Assembly: GCF_000143415.4 (NCBI RefSeq)
Contig: NW_003314296.1
Coordinates: 1,153,858-1,217,857, forward strand
DNA from: Selaginella moellendorffii
Taxonomy: Eukaryota > Plantae > Lycopodiophyta
Direction of reading: 5' to 3'
DNA: 64,000 bases
This document shows positions 24,884 to 37,881 of this stretch, piece after piece (position 1 is the stretch's first letter; each line of letters opens with the position of its first letter). The position numbers and the translations under genes are program-made. The notes below the pieces were generated by a model. It was not told where the DNA came from and searched no databases. It saw only the letters and a list, made by a program, of their open reading frames with translations.

Positions 24884-27800
24884 TTATTTCCGGCGTCGTT
24901 TGTACCTGGAAAATAAAAGTTGAAGTTTTCCATAAAAGTTTAACAAACCGTACCTTGCTTTGCTCTTGAACGAGCGCTTGGACACGCCAGGTTTTCTCTT
25001 GGGCTTCTTGTTCGTAGCATCACGTCTGGAAGCACCAGCCTCCGGTTTAGACGATCTCACCATTTCATCCTCAGCATCCTTTTTCTTCTTCTTCCTCTTC
25101 GTGTGATCAGAGCTCGTCTTTCTAGGAGTAAATCTCCCTTCCTGTCTCGCTTTCTCCGCAGCTTTCACAGCCTTTGCACGCCTGTAGCCGATGTCCACAA
25201 GAGATGTACCCGGGTTGTTCTTGTTCTTCTTTCCTCCTCCCTGTTGAAAGAAGCCCCCGGATCTTAGTTAGCTCTAGATATTGAAAACTCTCTCTCCCTC
25301 TCACCTTTCTATGCTGGTTTTCGTCTTCATTAGCGCCTTCCTCTGCCGTCTCTCTGGCGGCTTCTAAGCGCCGGCGCTTCTTACGTGGTAAGGCTTTCTG
25401 TCAAGACAACACATGAGATGGCACGCTCGAAAGAATAGCCACGCGTATGTTACCTCTGTTTCGGCTTTCCGCTTCTCTTTCTTTTGAAGCTCCTCGCCTT
25501 CGTCAACACTAATAGCCTTCTTTTTCAGCGCTGGCCCTTTGGCTTCCTGTTAGAGCAGATTGTTATAATGGTTCAGTAACATACGATGCCGGAGATACCT
25601 TGGCAATGCGTGTTTTGTCTTGTTGAGACTGAAACCACGTCTTTTTGGGCCGCGCAAATATTTCTGCCTCGTAGTCCATCATGTTTTGTGCCTGATAAAT
25701 GAAAGACACACAAGGTAAGAGTTACAAGTCCCTAGTGCACCACCTTGTTAGCTTCCATCTCCGCTTTCCTCAAAAACTTCTCTTCCCTGAAGCCAAAAAA
25801 GTCAGTCAGGTTCAAATCCACACAAACAAACCTTTCTTGTTGAAGTATCTGAACTAGATCTTCTTCCATCTTTTCAATGCGCTCACGCCACGATGCAATG
25901 GATGTAGCAGCGACAACCCGCTTCTGGAGTTTGGATCCAGCTCTTTTAGCCTGAAGGGACAGACAATACGTTCATAAGGTGAACATGTATACTTCATATC
26001 AACATACCACAGCCTTCAAAAGCAGACGGTCTTGTTCAGTCATCAAAGTGACTGAACGGCCATGTCTCCCAGCTCGAGCAGTTCGTCCTACTCGATGAAC
26101 ATAACTACGTGGATTTCAATAACAAATAGAAACAGAGAGATGTGCTTACGTTTTGATTTCCTTGGGACACTCTAAGTTTATCACCGATTCAACGCCTATA
26201 ATATCGAGTCCCTGCAAACAAACTTAAGCTCGTTGCGCATAGTGAAAGCCATGTAATACTTACACGAGCAGCCACATCCGTAGCAATCAAAAAGTCTACC
26301 TCCTGCTTCCTAAATGCTTCTAATGCCTGGCGTAAAAGTTCCCCAAGTCATATAAAAAGCTCGTAACGAAACACAGACCTCTAGCCGTTGAGCTTGTGTT
26401 AGATTCCCATGGAGCTCAGCTGATTTTAAACCCGACAGACCAAACAGTATTTTGAGGCGATGAGCCTCCACCTTCGTGCCACTGAAAAAACAGAAAAGGT
26501 TAAGACTTTACATTGGATAGAACACTAAGAACCTGAAAATGATTGTTTTCGACTTAAGTGACCGTGAGCACAGGGAAAGTACTATAGCCTCTTTATCTTC
26601 TTCATGCCCAGCCCGGATTCTGATCACTCTGCGCAAGAAACACAACAGTCAAGATAGATTCCTTCCAAGATTAATGGACGCACTCTTCGGTGAGCGTCGA
26701 AGGACGCTCAGTTGATGGATCGGCTGACAGCCTGACTGGACTTTTCAGTGAGAGCTTGATCAATTCAGATACTTCGTCCGTCATCGTAGCCGAAAAGAGC
26801 ATTGTCTGTCGTCTGGAAGGACATAGTTTCACCTATGCATAGTCCACACAATCAGACGCAAAATACACTATGTAAATGAAACTCTACCAGCTCGTGGATT
26901 TCTTCTCGAAAACCGAGTTCTAGCAAACGATCAGCTTCGTCCAGTACCAAAATTGCAAGTTCTTCGAGGCCAACGGATTGTGTATTTCGCAAATGATCAA
27001 TCATACGACCCGGGGTGGCAACTACAATGTCTGGATGTGTTCGAAGAGCTACTTCTTGTACCTACAAAACCATTGCAGAATGCAAAGCTTATAAAGACAA
27101 TCTTTCATACCTTGCTTGAAAGACCACCTACGACTAGACAGCATCTAATATCTGTGAACTGTGCCAATTTTTCAATCATGCTATGGAGCCTGTACAGAAA
27201 GAGTTTGTTAAAAGACAAATGCCAAGCTACAACTCGTACTGTACTGCCAGCTCCCTCGTTGGAGTAATGATAAGAACCCGTATAGCCGGTATACGTCGGG
27301 GTCTAAACAGAAGCCTTTCCAGGATAGGCAAAGCAAATGCCGCCGTCTGCAGATAACGTGTAAGATTACAACAATAGATTACAACTTCATCTGCAAACCT
27401 TCCCCGAACCAGTCACAGCGCTGCCGCAAATGTCTCTTCCGGCAAGAGCTAGTGGGATGCAAGCTGCCTGTTGATGTCTCAAACAAGAAAATCAAAAACG
27501 GAAAAAATGAAAAGTGAATCACAGCATTTTACCTGAATAGGAGTGGGCTGGCGGTAGCCAAGAGCGTCGCAAGCCCGTAAAAGAGGCCGTGAGACGTTGA
27601 GTTCTATGAAAGACGATGCGTTGAAGGAAGCACCATGGTTAGAAGAAAAAAACTGCGCCTTTTTGTTGGTATTCCCGGCTTTTGCAGGCTACAAAGAAAA
27701 AAGAAACGAAACAAATTAAGAACAAAAAAAAGAAATTAAAAAAAATCAGGCTTGTTAGCATGGTTTTCCTCTTTCCCATACCTTCTCTTTTTTCGAATCG

Positions 27801-28327
27801 AGACTTTTCTTTCGCTGACTGTGATCAAGTTGTTCTTTCTCATCTTCATCGGTAGAGTCTTGTCCGCGATCTTTTTCCCCCTGCTCATCGTGATTTTCCT
27901 CTTCACCATCCTGGTCCACATCCTCTTCTTCATCATCCTGCTCTATATCATCTTCGTCAATGTCCTCGTCTAGATCATCTTCCCCCTCTTCATCAGAATC
28001 TTGAGCACCTTCATCCTCCTCTATACCGCTTTCATCGCTAATATTCCCCTCACTGGCATTGTCTCTATTTCTCTTCCGAGCAACGCTTCTGCCTTTGGCC
28101 CATGCGTGTTCCAGAAGTTCCTCCTCTTCCTCGTCGCTGTCCTGATTCCTAGCAGGCTGCTTACCCGCATTGAGGCGCTGCTTGATCTTGTGATCGATGG
28201 ACGTGGTGTTGCGCTCGCGATGCTCCTGCTCGCTAGCCTTTGCATAGCCAGAGAATTCCCAGGGCGATTGCACCACGGCCACAGCACCGCCGCCGTCCAA
28301 TCCATCCCAAGTGAAACCCTTGTTCAT
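24884..28327 (-). CDS. DEAD-box RNA helicase RH28 / DDX27 / DRS1
   Basis: Acidic N-terminus, Q motif [55 protein letters not shown], basic C-terminus FKSKARYKRR. Confidence 0.92.
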
Positions 28328-28390
28328 CACTGGAAATGGGTTTAGGGCTTATGGCTTGCCCTAAGAACGACATTGAATTATCCAATATAC

Positions 28391-28433
28391 ATACACACAC
28401 ACACACACTCTCTCTCTCTCTCTCTCTCTCTCT
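28391..28433. repeat. (AC)n(TC)n microsatellite
   Basis: Direct reading. Confidence 0.9.
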
Positions 28434-28784
28434 GAGCAATTGCCTAGCAAATGCTAGGTGGTTAGCAAAATTCATGCAATTTCAAGAGAAGTTGTTGTTA
28501 TGTAGTTATGGCTAATTTAATTCCCATTGATTAGTGGCTTTGATCTGATGATTGCTAGATAATTCGCTCTGAACCTACTTGCTATATCCTAGGTAAGAGA
28601 AAAACATTTAATCCTCCATCTTATTAAGAGCCTCTAGAGTTAGAGCTGTCTTCAATGTTAGCTCACTTTAAGAAAGTGAGTTTATAAGCTGTGATAATCC
28701 CACAATTAAGAAAGCTAGCACAACTTTGATTTTATGGCACCCAAGAGTATTATGCCTTAGAACTTGCTGCAACTCAATCTCCAA

Positions 28785-29300
28785 CACTCTAGTTGACACC
28801 TATGCAAAGTGTAAGAGCATGTTGGACAATTAAGTAGTGTTTGACTAAATGAAGCATCATCACATACCTAGAACAGGGGAGAGCAAAATGGTTTTAAAAT
28901 TTATGAATGCATAGGGAAAAAATTCTGTTAATATTTGCAGCAGTGCTACTAATGGCTTGTGGGACTTTGGTGGATTTGGAAATTGGAAGGGAATTCAATG
29001 CTGGGATCTGCAAGAGGCAATAATGTCACAAACAATATTTATGGCAAGTGTGGAATTATAGCCATTGCTTAGCACATCTTTGATTTCCCTGTGATATCCA
29101 GGGACATGGTTTTGTGGAACATGCTAATAGCAAGTTATAGTTACAAAGGCAATGTAGCCAAGGTGGTGGAGATTTTTGGCAAGTGGGCACTAAGCTGGAT
29201 AGATTTTCATTCCTCTTTGTTATCACACTATGCAATGCTGCAAGTAGGGTTGAAAGTTTTTCCAAGAGATATGGAGGTATGGCATAGCTCCAAGGAGAGT
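28785..29300 (+). pseudogene. Degenerate PLS-class PPR fragment
   Basis: AVLLMACGTLVDLEIGREF, IYGKCG, RDMVLWNMLIASYS resemble PPR L/S/P motifs; stops and frameshifts. Confidence 0.55.
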
Positions 29301-30421
29301 TGCTTAGTGCAATGGAAGCACCCTAAATCAAGGGAGGTCTACTATGAATAATTGGCCAGTGCAAACATGACCCAGTAATTGCCCAGCCAAACTCACCAAT
29401 GTATCTTTGTGATAAAACTTGCTCACAGCTCACAATCTCCTTGTTGATCCCTAGCTGCCTAGGAGTCACTCTTCTTCACTCTAAGCCATCTAAGAAACTT
29501 CCTGACTTTTCTAACAGAGCCACTACTTCTGGTATACTTTGTGAGACTTCACATAGAAACCCAATGGCCAAAACCTAAATCCATTTGATCCAAAAATTGG
29601 AGAAGATACTCGGATGGGTTGCCATCCACTACCACATAATTCAACTGCAATGACCATCAGGCTTGCATAGAGAGAGACATCCCTTTGATAGCCTTTTTGA
29701 TAGAGAAGCTAGACTCTTATATACTAATAGCTTTTGTGATTATCCATTTCTTCCACCTCTTCCAGGATTATGCTGATATTTGTGAGCTCTGAGGCAGCTA
29801 CAGCCCTATGGTTGTCAATGTTGACTGCTCTTATGAAACAGAAATGGAAAAGAGTTCACAAACTAAGAAACATGACTTGGAATGGAAAAAAATTGTAACT
29901 AATTAAATCTCCATGTTCATGCTGACCTCTAGAGTGTTTGTTAAACTACTGGACCCTTTAGAAAAATTAATACTATTTGCAAGCTTATTATAAGATATGA
30001 TGATTGTTCATTTCTCCGTGCTACACATGTTGTAGACAAACAGGTCCTATAAATTATAGTGAGGGATAAGTATCACCCCACTTGAAAAATAAAAAATTAA
30101 ACACTCTAAACCATGCAACACAACTATAGGTATGCAAGACACAACTATACAGGTATGCAATTTGAACATAAACTTGTGGACTTTCTCAGCTTCCTGTTTT
30201 ATTCATTGCTAGCATCTGATGTCAATGCCATTAGCTCATCTCTTTAACCAACTTAAGTTTGATCTTCAATCTGATCCAAGTTATCAAATTGATTCATGCC
30301 CACGCTGTCATGATCAAGATGATCCTCACCATTGTCTCTCCAGCTTTATGTTATGCCAGCATGCTAGGCATGAGTATCTTGTGTGGGCAGCCCATCAAGA
30401 TACCTTCTCCCAGCATTCCAG

Positions 30422-33400
30422 TGACACAAACCATGGAATATTCCAATAATATTCCATGGCCTGTGGGATTTAAGGCCGTAACACCTTAAAAGTTGGGAGG
30501 TTAGCCTAGGGTTCGCTCTCTTGTTTGTTTAATTGGTATCGGAGTAGCACGTTCTTTTGGGGATGGCAAGTGAGCAAGACATCAATCTTGATGAGGAGTA
30601 TGGCGTTAGTGATGATAGCCATGATGATGCAGAAGAGATTCTTGATGATGTCATTGTGTGGCAAGGACACCAAATTTCTGAGGTTCAGAGTGACATAAAG
30701 GAGGTTAAGGATTCTGTTAATCTCATTAAGGATTTCTTGCTTTGGCCCCTCGGGGTACAATATAATGTTCGCGGTTTACAGTTACCCTCAAGGGTTAAAT
30801 CGATCTCATGTCCGTGATTACTATTGGTACGTCAAGCATGGCAAGGATTATGGTATCATGGAATGGAAATCATCACCAGATGTTTGTGATAGTCAAGAGG
30901 TTAATTTTTGGTTGGAATTGTGGGAAAGTTGTTAGTCTCACAATCCTTGTGAGGATAAGGTGAAAATAGATTTTTTTGTGACGAAGCTTATGGGCCATGC
31001 TTCTTCGTGGTGGAAGAACTACATCAAAGCTAATTCAAAGCCAACTTCTTGGACTGATTTGACGAAGGTTTTCTGCGCTTCATTTGTCAAGAAGTTTGAA
31101 AAGGTTGATTTTGTGAATCAGTTGTTAAAGATCCGGCAGGGGACTTTGTCTTTGGATGCGTATACCCGCAAGTTCCATGATCTTTGCCTTAGTCTCACAG
31201 GCACCTATAATGAGCTGCTAAAGGTGCAATGTTTCATCAAAGGATTGAGCTCGGTGGATGTGTAACAGAAGGTCAAGAAGGATTTTCTAACGACATTGAT
31301 TGATGCTATCACTAAGGCTTAAATCTTTTCGCCCAAACCGTTAGTCAACTTGGTCAACTCTGGTCAAAAGGATGGTCTCCGGGGTGGTCAATGTGATGAC
31401 CAACCCACCAATACTTCATCTTCAAGGAAGAAATGGCCATTGTTTCGTCGTAGCTCGAAAAGTGGAGATGGTAATGAGGCAAAAAGACATTAGTTAGACC
31501 AACAAGAGAAAGACAAGGTGAAGGGCAATTGTTTTCGTTGTTACAAAGCTGGACATCACAACAAGGATTGTCCTCTTGTGAAGGGATCAAAGAATGCTAA
31601 AGTGAATATAGTGGAATCCATTGTGGATATAGCTCAGGCATTTGTTGTGGTGGCTCTTCCACACCCTATGGCAAAAATTCAAGAATCTAAGTCTTGAGTT
31701 CATATCAACTCTGTCGAGATTAATGGTTCTATGCGCAATCAACTTATGAAGGCCAAGGGGGACATTCAGGGTAATGTTGTTAGTATTCTTTTAGATCTAA
31801 GTGCTACACACAACTTTTTAAGCTCCAAGGTGGTGAAGAAACTTGGTTTGCTTGTGGAAAAGAGTTCAATAATCTACGAGGTGGTTATGGCAGATGGACA
31901 TAGCACTCGTGTTTATAGTGAATGGGCTTCGAGTGTTCCTTTGACAGTTTAGGGGATTCTTGACCATCCTTCGTTCCAGGTTATGGATCTTGGTCACACA
32001 GACGTTATTCTTGGGAAGGAATGGTTTTTTGACAGGAAGCCAGGGATCGATTGGGAGCGTAATGTTCTGCGTATCGAAGTTGGTGGCACTATAAAAGAGA
32101 TTTTTGAGACAAACAATAGTGATACTCCATTGATTAATGCTTTGGAGTTGGTAATATGCGTGCATAAGATAATTAATTCTTTTGTGGTGTACCCATTTCT
32201 TTCTAATATGATTATGTCTGCTTTGGAGTACATTCATGGGCATGGGCCTAGGGTGGATTTCATTCAGGAGGAGTTCCGTGACATATTTCCAGATGAGTTA
32301 CCTAATGGTTTGCCTCCCGAACGTGGCATTTAGCATGAGATTGATTTGGTTCCTAGAGCTACTCTTTATCAGTGACAACAGACTCATACTAGTCCCATTG
32401 AAGATGAGGAGATTAATAGGTTGAATACCTTCGGAAAGGGTGGTTATGGATTAGCAAGTCTCCTTTGGCTGCTCCAGTGGTGATGGTCAACAAGAAAGAT
32501 GGTACATGGCGTCTCTGTGTGAACTACAAGGGATTGAATGATAGGACAGTGAAGAATATGTTCCCAATCCCTCATATCAATGATTTGCTTAATTGTCTTC
32601 GTGGTGCTTGATATTTTTCGAAGATTGATTTGAGGCAAGGATATCATCAGATTTGTGTCAAACCAGAGGATGTTCCGAAAACTGCGTTTCGGACAAGGAT
32701 AGGTCACTACGAGTTTTTAGTGATGCCATTTGGTTTGACAAATGCTCTTACAACTTTTTAAAGATTGATGAATCAAATTTTACAACCTTACTTGGGAAAG
32801 TTTGTAATTGATTATTTTGATGATATCCTAGTGTTCAGCTCTTCCATGGAGGAACATGAGATGCATGTGTGAAGTGTTTTACAACTTTTAAGGGACAACA
32901 AGCTCTACTCGAAGTTATCCAAGTGCGAGTTTTTTTTAAAGGAGATTGGATATCTTAGGCATTTGATTTCGGTATATGGAGTGAGAGTTGATCCTGCAAA
33001 GATTCAAGCCGTGCTTGATTGGTTTATTCCTTCGACAGTGCATGATCTCCGTAGTGTCTTTGGTATGGCTGGAGTTTTTCGACGATTTGTGAAGGCCTTT
33101 TCAGGGTTAACAGCCCCTTTAACTGATCTTCTCCAGAACACGTTGAAACATGCTACTATTCATGGTTGGGATGAGAAGTGTGAAATGGCATTTCAATGTT
33201 TGAAGCAGTGTTGTATCTCTGCTCCAGTATTGAAGATTTTTGATCCTGAAAAGCCTCTTGTGGTCGAGACAGATGCAAGTGACATTGTTATTGGAGCTGT
33301 ATTGCTTCAAGTTGGGCATCCTCTTGCGTACATGAGCCATAAGTTTGATGCCATACAGCAGAATTGGCCTACTTGAGACAAGGAGTTGTATGCTGTGATT

Positions 33401-35452
33401 GCTGTTGTGAAGGAATGGCGATATTATCTATATGGATCGGACTTCCATGTGGATTCAGACCATCAATCTCTCTAATATTTCAGTCGACAAAAGGATTTTC
33501 AAGGCCACCTTGCTCGTTGGCAAGAGTTTCTGCAGAAAATGTTTGTTAAGATCCGGTACAAGCATGGAAGTGACAATAAGGTGGCTAATGCGTTATCCAG
33601 GATGGTAAATTCTATCTCGTTCGTGAAGCTATCCGACGATCTCTTAGATGAGCTTAAGGAGTTTGTTGACTTCGACTCCTTTATCATTGATATTCGTGCA
33701 AAGGTTTTGTTGAGGGATGCCTCTACAGATTTGAAGGGTGACAAGTTTGCATCATTCGAACTACAAGATGGAATTTTGGTGAAGAAGGGACGTGTAATGG
33801 TTCCTTATGTTGACAAACTCATCAAATGGATTTTGGTTGAGTGTCATGATGTGCCAAGTGCTGGGCATCCGGGGGTATTAAGAACGTATATGTTGGTGAC
33901 AAGGCATGTCTTTTGGCCTAGAATGAAGTCAGATGTTAAGAAGTATGTACATGGTTGTTTAACCTACCAAGCGGTCAAAGTTGATCATCAGAAGCTCGTT
34001 GGCCTCTATCATCCTTTACGTGTACCCGAGAATAGGTGGGATAGCATCTCGATGGACTTTATTACTGGTTTGCCCAAAACCTTTCGAGGAAATGATGCTA
34101 TTTGGGTTGTTGTAGATTGTTTGACGAAGACGGCTCACTTCTTCCCTGTGAAGATAACGATAAAAGCTTCTAAATTTGCTCAATTATTTGTAAACGGAGT
34201 TATTCAGTCTCTATGGTTTGCCGGGTGACATTGTGAGTGATCGGGATCCTAAATTCACGTTCAAGTTTTGGCAAACGGTCTTTGAAAAACTAGAGACTAA
34301 ACTGAGCATGAGTAGTGGTGAGCATCCACAATCTAATGGGCAAATAAAGCACATGAATCAGCTATTAGAAGATATACTACAGTCTTTTGTGGGAAACTTG
34401 ACTTGACAGGGAGTATGGGAGAAATACTTGCCTTTGCTTTAGTTTGCTTACAATAGCGCTCATCAATCGGCTATTAGCATGTCTCCTTTTATGGCGATGT
34501 ATGGCTATGAACCTAGGTCTCCTGTGAGTTTGAATTTGGCTTTGGTTCGGGTTCCTCATACTTATGATTTCCTGGAGGATATGCAAGACAAGCTTGAGTT
34601 AGCAAAATTAAACATGAGGCAAGCTCAAGAATGAGACAAAAGGTTAGCTGATGAGCATTGTCATCATCAAGAATATAAAGTTGGTGACAAGGTTTTCCTT
34701 AAGTTGTCGGATGCACAACGGTCTCTGAAAAGAGGTGGTAGTGTTAAATTGTCTCCACGGTATTGTGGGCTTTGGACAATTTTACAGCGTGTGGGGGATC
34801 TTGCATACACTTTGGACTTGCCAGTTAGTTTGAAGATTCATCCAATGTTCCATATGAACAAGCTTAAAGCGTGTTTACACTCTGGTGATATCATGGATCA
34901 ATCCATCTAAAGATTGATGCAGAGAAGGCTGGTCCAGCCAATATTCTTGCTCAAAGATTCATGAAAACATGCCGGAAAACAATTAGGGAGTTATTAGTTT
35001 AGTGGAATAGTTATTCCATGGATGAAGCTACATGAGAAACTAAGGATAACGTGAAGAGAGTGTTTCCGAGTTTTGGTTATAACTTGGATGACATTCCTAA
35101 GGAAGGGGAGAATTGAGTTCTATAGCCATATTGCTATATAATTTAAGTTATTTGTTCTATTTTCATTTTCTTGTTTTCATAACCGTATTGTCATGTGAGA
35201 AAGTTGTATTGCTTTCTTTCTTTCGTGACTGTTTATTGAGACGTTGGTTTTGTTGTTTGCACATCTTTTCTCCATGCCACATACAGCAGCCTCGAGAAGC
35301 TAAACAAGCCTCACATGAAAGGAGTCCAAAGCATTGGGTCATGAGGGAGGGGAGAATGACACGAACCATGGGAATATTCCAAGAATATTCCATGGCCTGT
35401 GGGATTTAAGGGTTAGGAGGTTGGCCTAGGGTTCGCTCTCTTGTTCGTTTCA
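30422..35452 (+). mobile_element. Full-length decayed Ty3/gypsy chromoviral LTR retrotransposon
   Basis: LTRs 30422-30532 and 35357-35452 (TG...CA at the 3' LTR); TSD TCCAG at 30417-30421 and 35453-35457; PBS TGGTATCGGAG at 30534; PPT 35343-35356. Domain order gag, zinc knuckle, PR (LLDLSATHNF), RT (YFDD), RNaseH (ETDAS), INT (H..AGHPG, SMDFI, SDRD), chromodomain. Many nonsense mutations. Confidence 0.95.
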
Positions 35453-36912
35453 TCCAGCAAAATGATTGTCACACTAAAACTACAAGAAAAAAAAAGAAAA
35501 TTGCACTTAGAGTCAACACTTGACTTACTTTCTTAGTCTTGATCTTGGAAGCTCTAGAGTAATTCTAGTGATGGTCAATTCCAGAAGTAGAAGCATTGGG
35601 CTGTGACGCAGCAGTCATAGAAGTGTTAATTCTAAATGATTGCAAACAACTCAAAACTTTATATGTGGCATGAGCCCAACACCAATTCTTCCTTCATCAC
35701 TGTTGGACAATGCTAAGAGTACATGGATCCAGGGCAGTGGGCAGATTTCTCCAACACCCAATGAGCTTCTTCTCTTCTAGCCAGCATGCCCATTATTGAT
35801 TGGCCATCCAAACATCAACATGATTTTTCACACAAGCATGGATACCGAGCCTGGCGTTCGGGTTTCTAAAGCTCACTCACCAGGGTAGACGCTGGCCCGA
35901 CTGGAGATTCCTTTGGAAATGCAGGCAGTATGGAAATATTTTGAATCAAGAAGAAGAGCTGGCAAAATTTCAAGCGCACTCACCCTGCCACAACCGGAAA
36001 TGCTGTTGGAGATACAGGCGCTATCGCGTTCGTCTCCACCTGGAAAGATCTCAGAAGCAAGAAGTAGGATTTCGATCACGATCAGCAATGCAATGGATTT
36101 TCAAGCGCGATCTCTCTGTCACGCCGCTGACGGTGGAGGCACCAGTGGCATCTCTGTCGAGTTCGATTTCTCCTGAAAGAAAGCGCACGGTCAGTAATCC
36201 AGACCTAGCGTGTGCTGTCAACATAAATTCCATAATCAACAAAAGACAAGCGCATTTTCAAATTAGGGTTCTTAAGATGGCAAGCACATAGAAATTTCAA
36301 GAGGATCTGCTCTTGGATTTGCAACTCCTCCTCAAGAGCTCAAGCACGAAGAAATCCATCACGAGATCAATGTGTTCCTGGATGCTAAATCCAAAGCAGC
36401 CAGTGTCGCTGAAGTTAGCTCGCATTCCTTTACCTGGGACCACCTTGAGGAGCTGCATCGCCTTACCAAATGAGCCCGGAGCTGTAAAAAGAAGCTCTCA
36501 AGATCATTGTCGCCTAGATTTTCTGATGGAAGACCTCTCATCTCATTGTCACACGCTGTGCTACGTGAGAAAATTTGGAAAGCTTTTGTGATTGATCCGT
36601 TTTCCTTCGCCCAAATCATCAATTGGATTGACTAGTCATCCCCTTCTAATGGCTTTTCCATGCCTCTGTGCGACGCCTTCCCCCCCAAAACCATCATTCA
36701 TACATATTAAAGGTGTGGCAGGACTCGCAACGCCCATCGCCTCTTCCTTGAAACTCTTTCTCGTGGAAGTTCATGCTTTTCTCATTACCGCGAATGAGGT
36801 TTAAAGTTTTCTTTAAATCCCACGAATTCTATCCTTAAAAGTGATACCGCTAAGTCAATAAGAAGATCAGAATTTATTTATTAACTGCAAAGTGCGTGAT
36901 TGATATCATCGC

Positions 36913-37482
36913 TCATGGGCAGAACGTAATGGTGAAAGTTCCTCCGGTTCCAGTGGCAAAAGTCTTGGTGTTATCACCAGACCAGCTATAAGCATCCGGG
37001 CATGAGGCACGGACGTTCTGCGCGTACTGGGAGTTTGGATCGTCCCGGTTGGGACTGGTACAAGTATTCCCATTCCTGTTCTGGGGAGGACAAGTCGCTG
37101 CCTCCGCTCGGCAAGTCAGACCTCTGCCAGATCCAGTGATGCTCATCCCAGTGCCGATGAAGAAGCCATCCACGGCGCTCACGTCGTAGAAGTCATTGTT
37201 GCTGTTGCTGTTGATCGAGAACTCGGCCAGGAGGCCGGGAGTTCCAGTGCCGATGTTTCCCGCCCAGAGATTCGGAGGATTTAGTCCGCGAGATGCGCCG
37301 GGGGCAAGAGTGAATCCGGAGGTTCCGATCGAGGGGCCACCGGCGTTCTCGCGGACGATGATGTTCTGCGAGCTCCCGCAGCGATTGACAACGTTGAAGG
37401 AAGTGGCTGCTGCGAGTGGGATTGCTACAAAACAATGGGTTAGAGCAACAAGAGCAAAGAGGATGGCAGTAGAGCTTGCCAT
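36913..37482 (-). CDS. Secreted thaumatin-like protein (PR-5), short atypical form, intronless
   Basis: Signal peptide; FNVVNRC, GFTLAPG, LAEF, DFYDVSAVDGF, CPDAYSW, terminal ITFCP. Confidence 0.9.
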   Translation of the reverse strand: MASSTAILFALVALTHCFVAIPLAAATSFNVVNRCGSSQNIIVRENAGGPSIGTSGFTLAPGASRGLNPPNLWAGNIGTGTPGLLAEFSINSNSNNDFYDVSAVDGFFIGTGMSITGSGRGLTCRAEAATCPPQNRNGNTCTSPNRDDPNSQYAQNVRASCPDAYSWSGDNTKTFATGTGGTFTITFCP

Positions 37483-37881
37483 TGGAACTGTGTATGCTAT
37501 ACCTCTCTACAAGTTTCTACGCGGATTTATATAGTCCAGGGGAAGAGGTTGTGGACCACACGCAACGTTGAACACCACCCGTGAGTTCGGTAAGTGCGAA
37601 ATTTCCTTCGCGCCACAAGACGTTGAAAATCATGCTCATGAATTGAGTACACGTGGTTTGATGAATTTCAGTCAAGGATTTGCTGCTGAACTTTGTGAAC
37701 TCCCCATGCAACTCTCAGTTTCATTCGTTTTGCTTTGTCTATCTATTTATCTATCTATATTCTGTTTTGGCAGTCTTGTGGTGCCTTACAAGAAGCATGA
37801 AACTCTGCAATTAAGTTTGCAAGTTCCGCCTCACGGTATGACCGTTGGATCTCTGGAAAGCATCAACGGCCCTAGGGCAAC

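Noticed and set aside
27752-27973. Very hydrophobic + strand ORF
   Set aside because: Antisense of the acidic D/E tract of RH28.
28730-28810. Kinase subdomain VIII-like FYGTQEYYALE
   Set aside because: Too short and frameshifted, and it overlaps PPR-like relics; cannot be assigned.
29400-30416. Possible decayed coding fragments upstream of the gypsy element
   Set aside because: No consistent recognisable motifs.
35114-35452. A 339-bp 3' LTR with a truncated 5' LTR
   Set aside because: The TCCAG TSD directly flanks 30422 and 35452, showing that the short LTR pair is the true boundary.
35860-36804. Several short ORFs with coding-like composition
   Set aside because: No coherent splice model or family; probably a relic.
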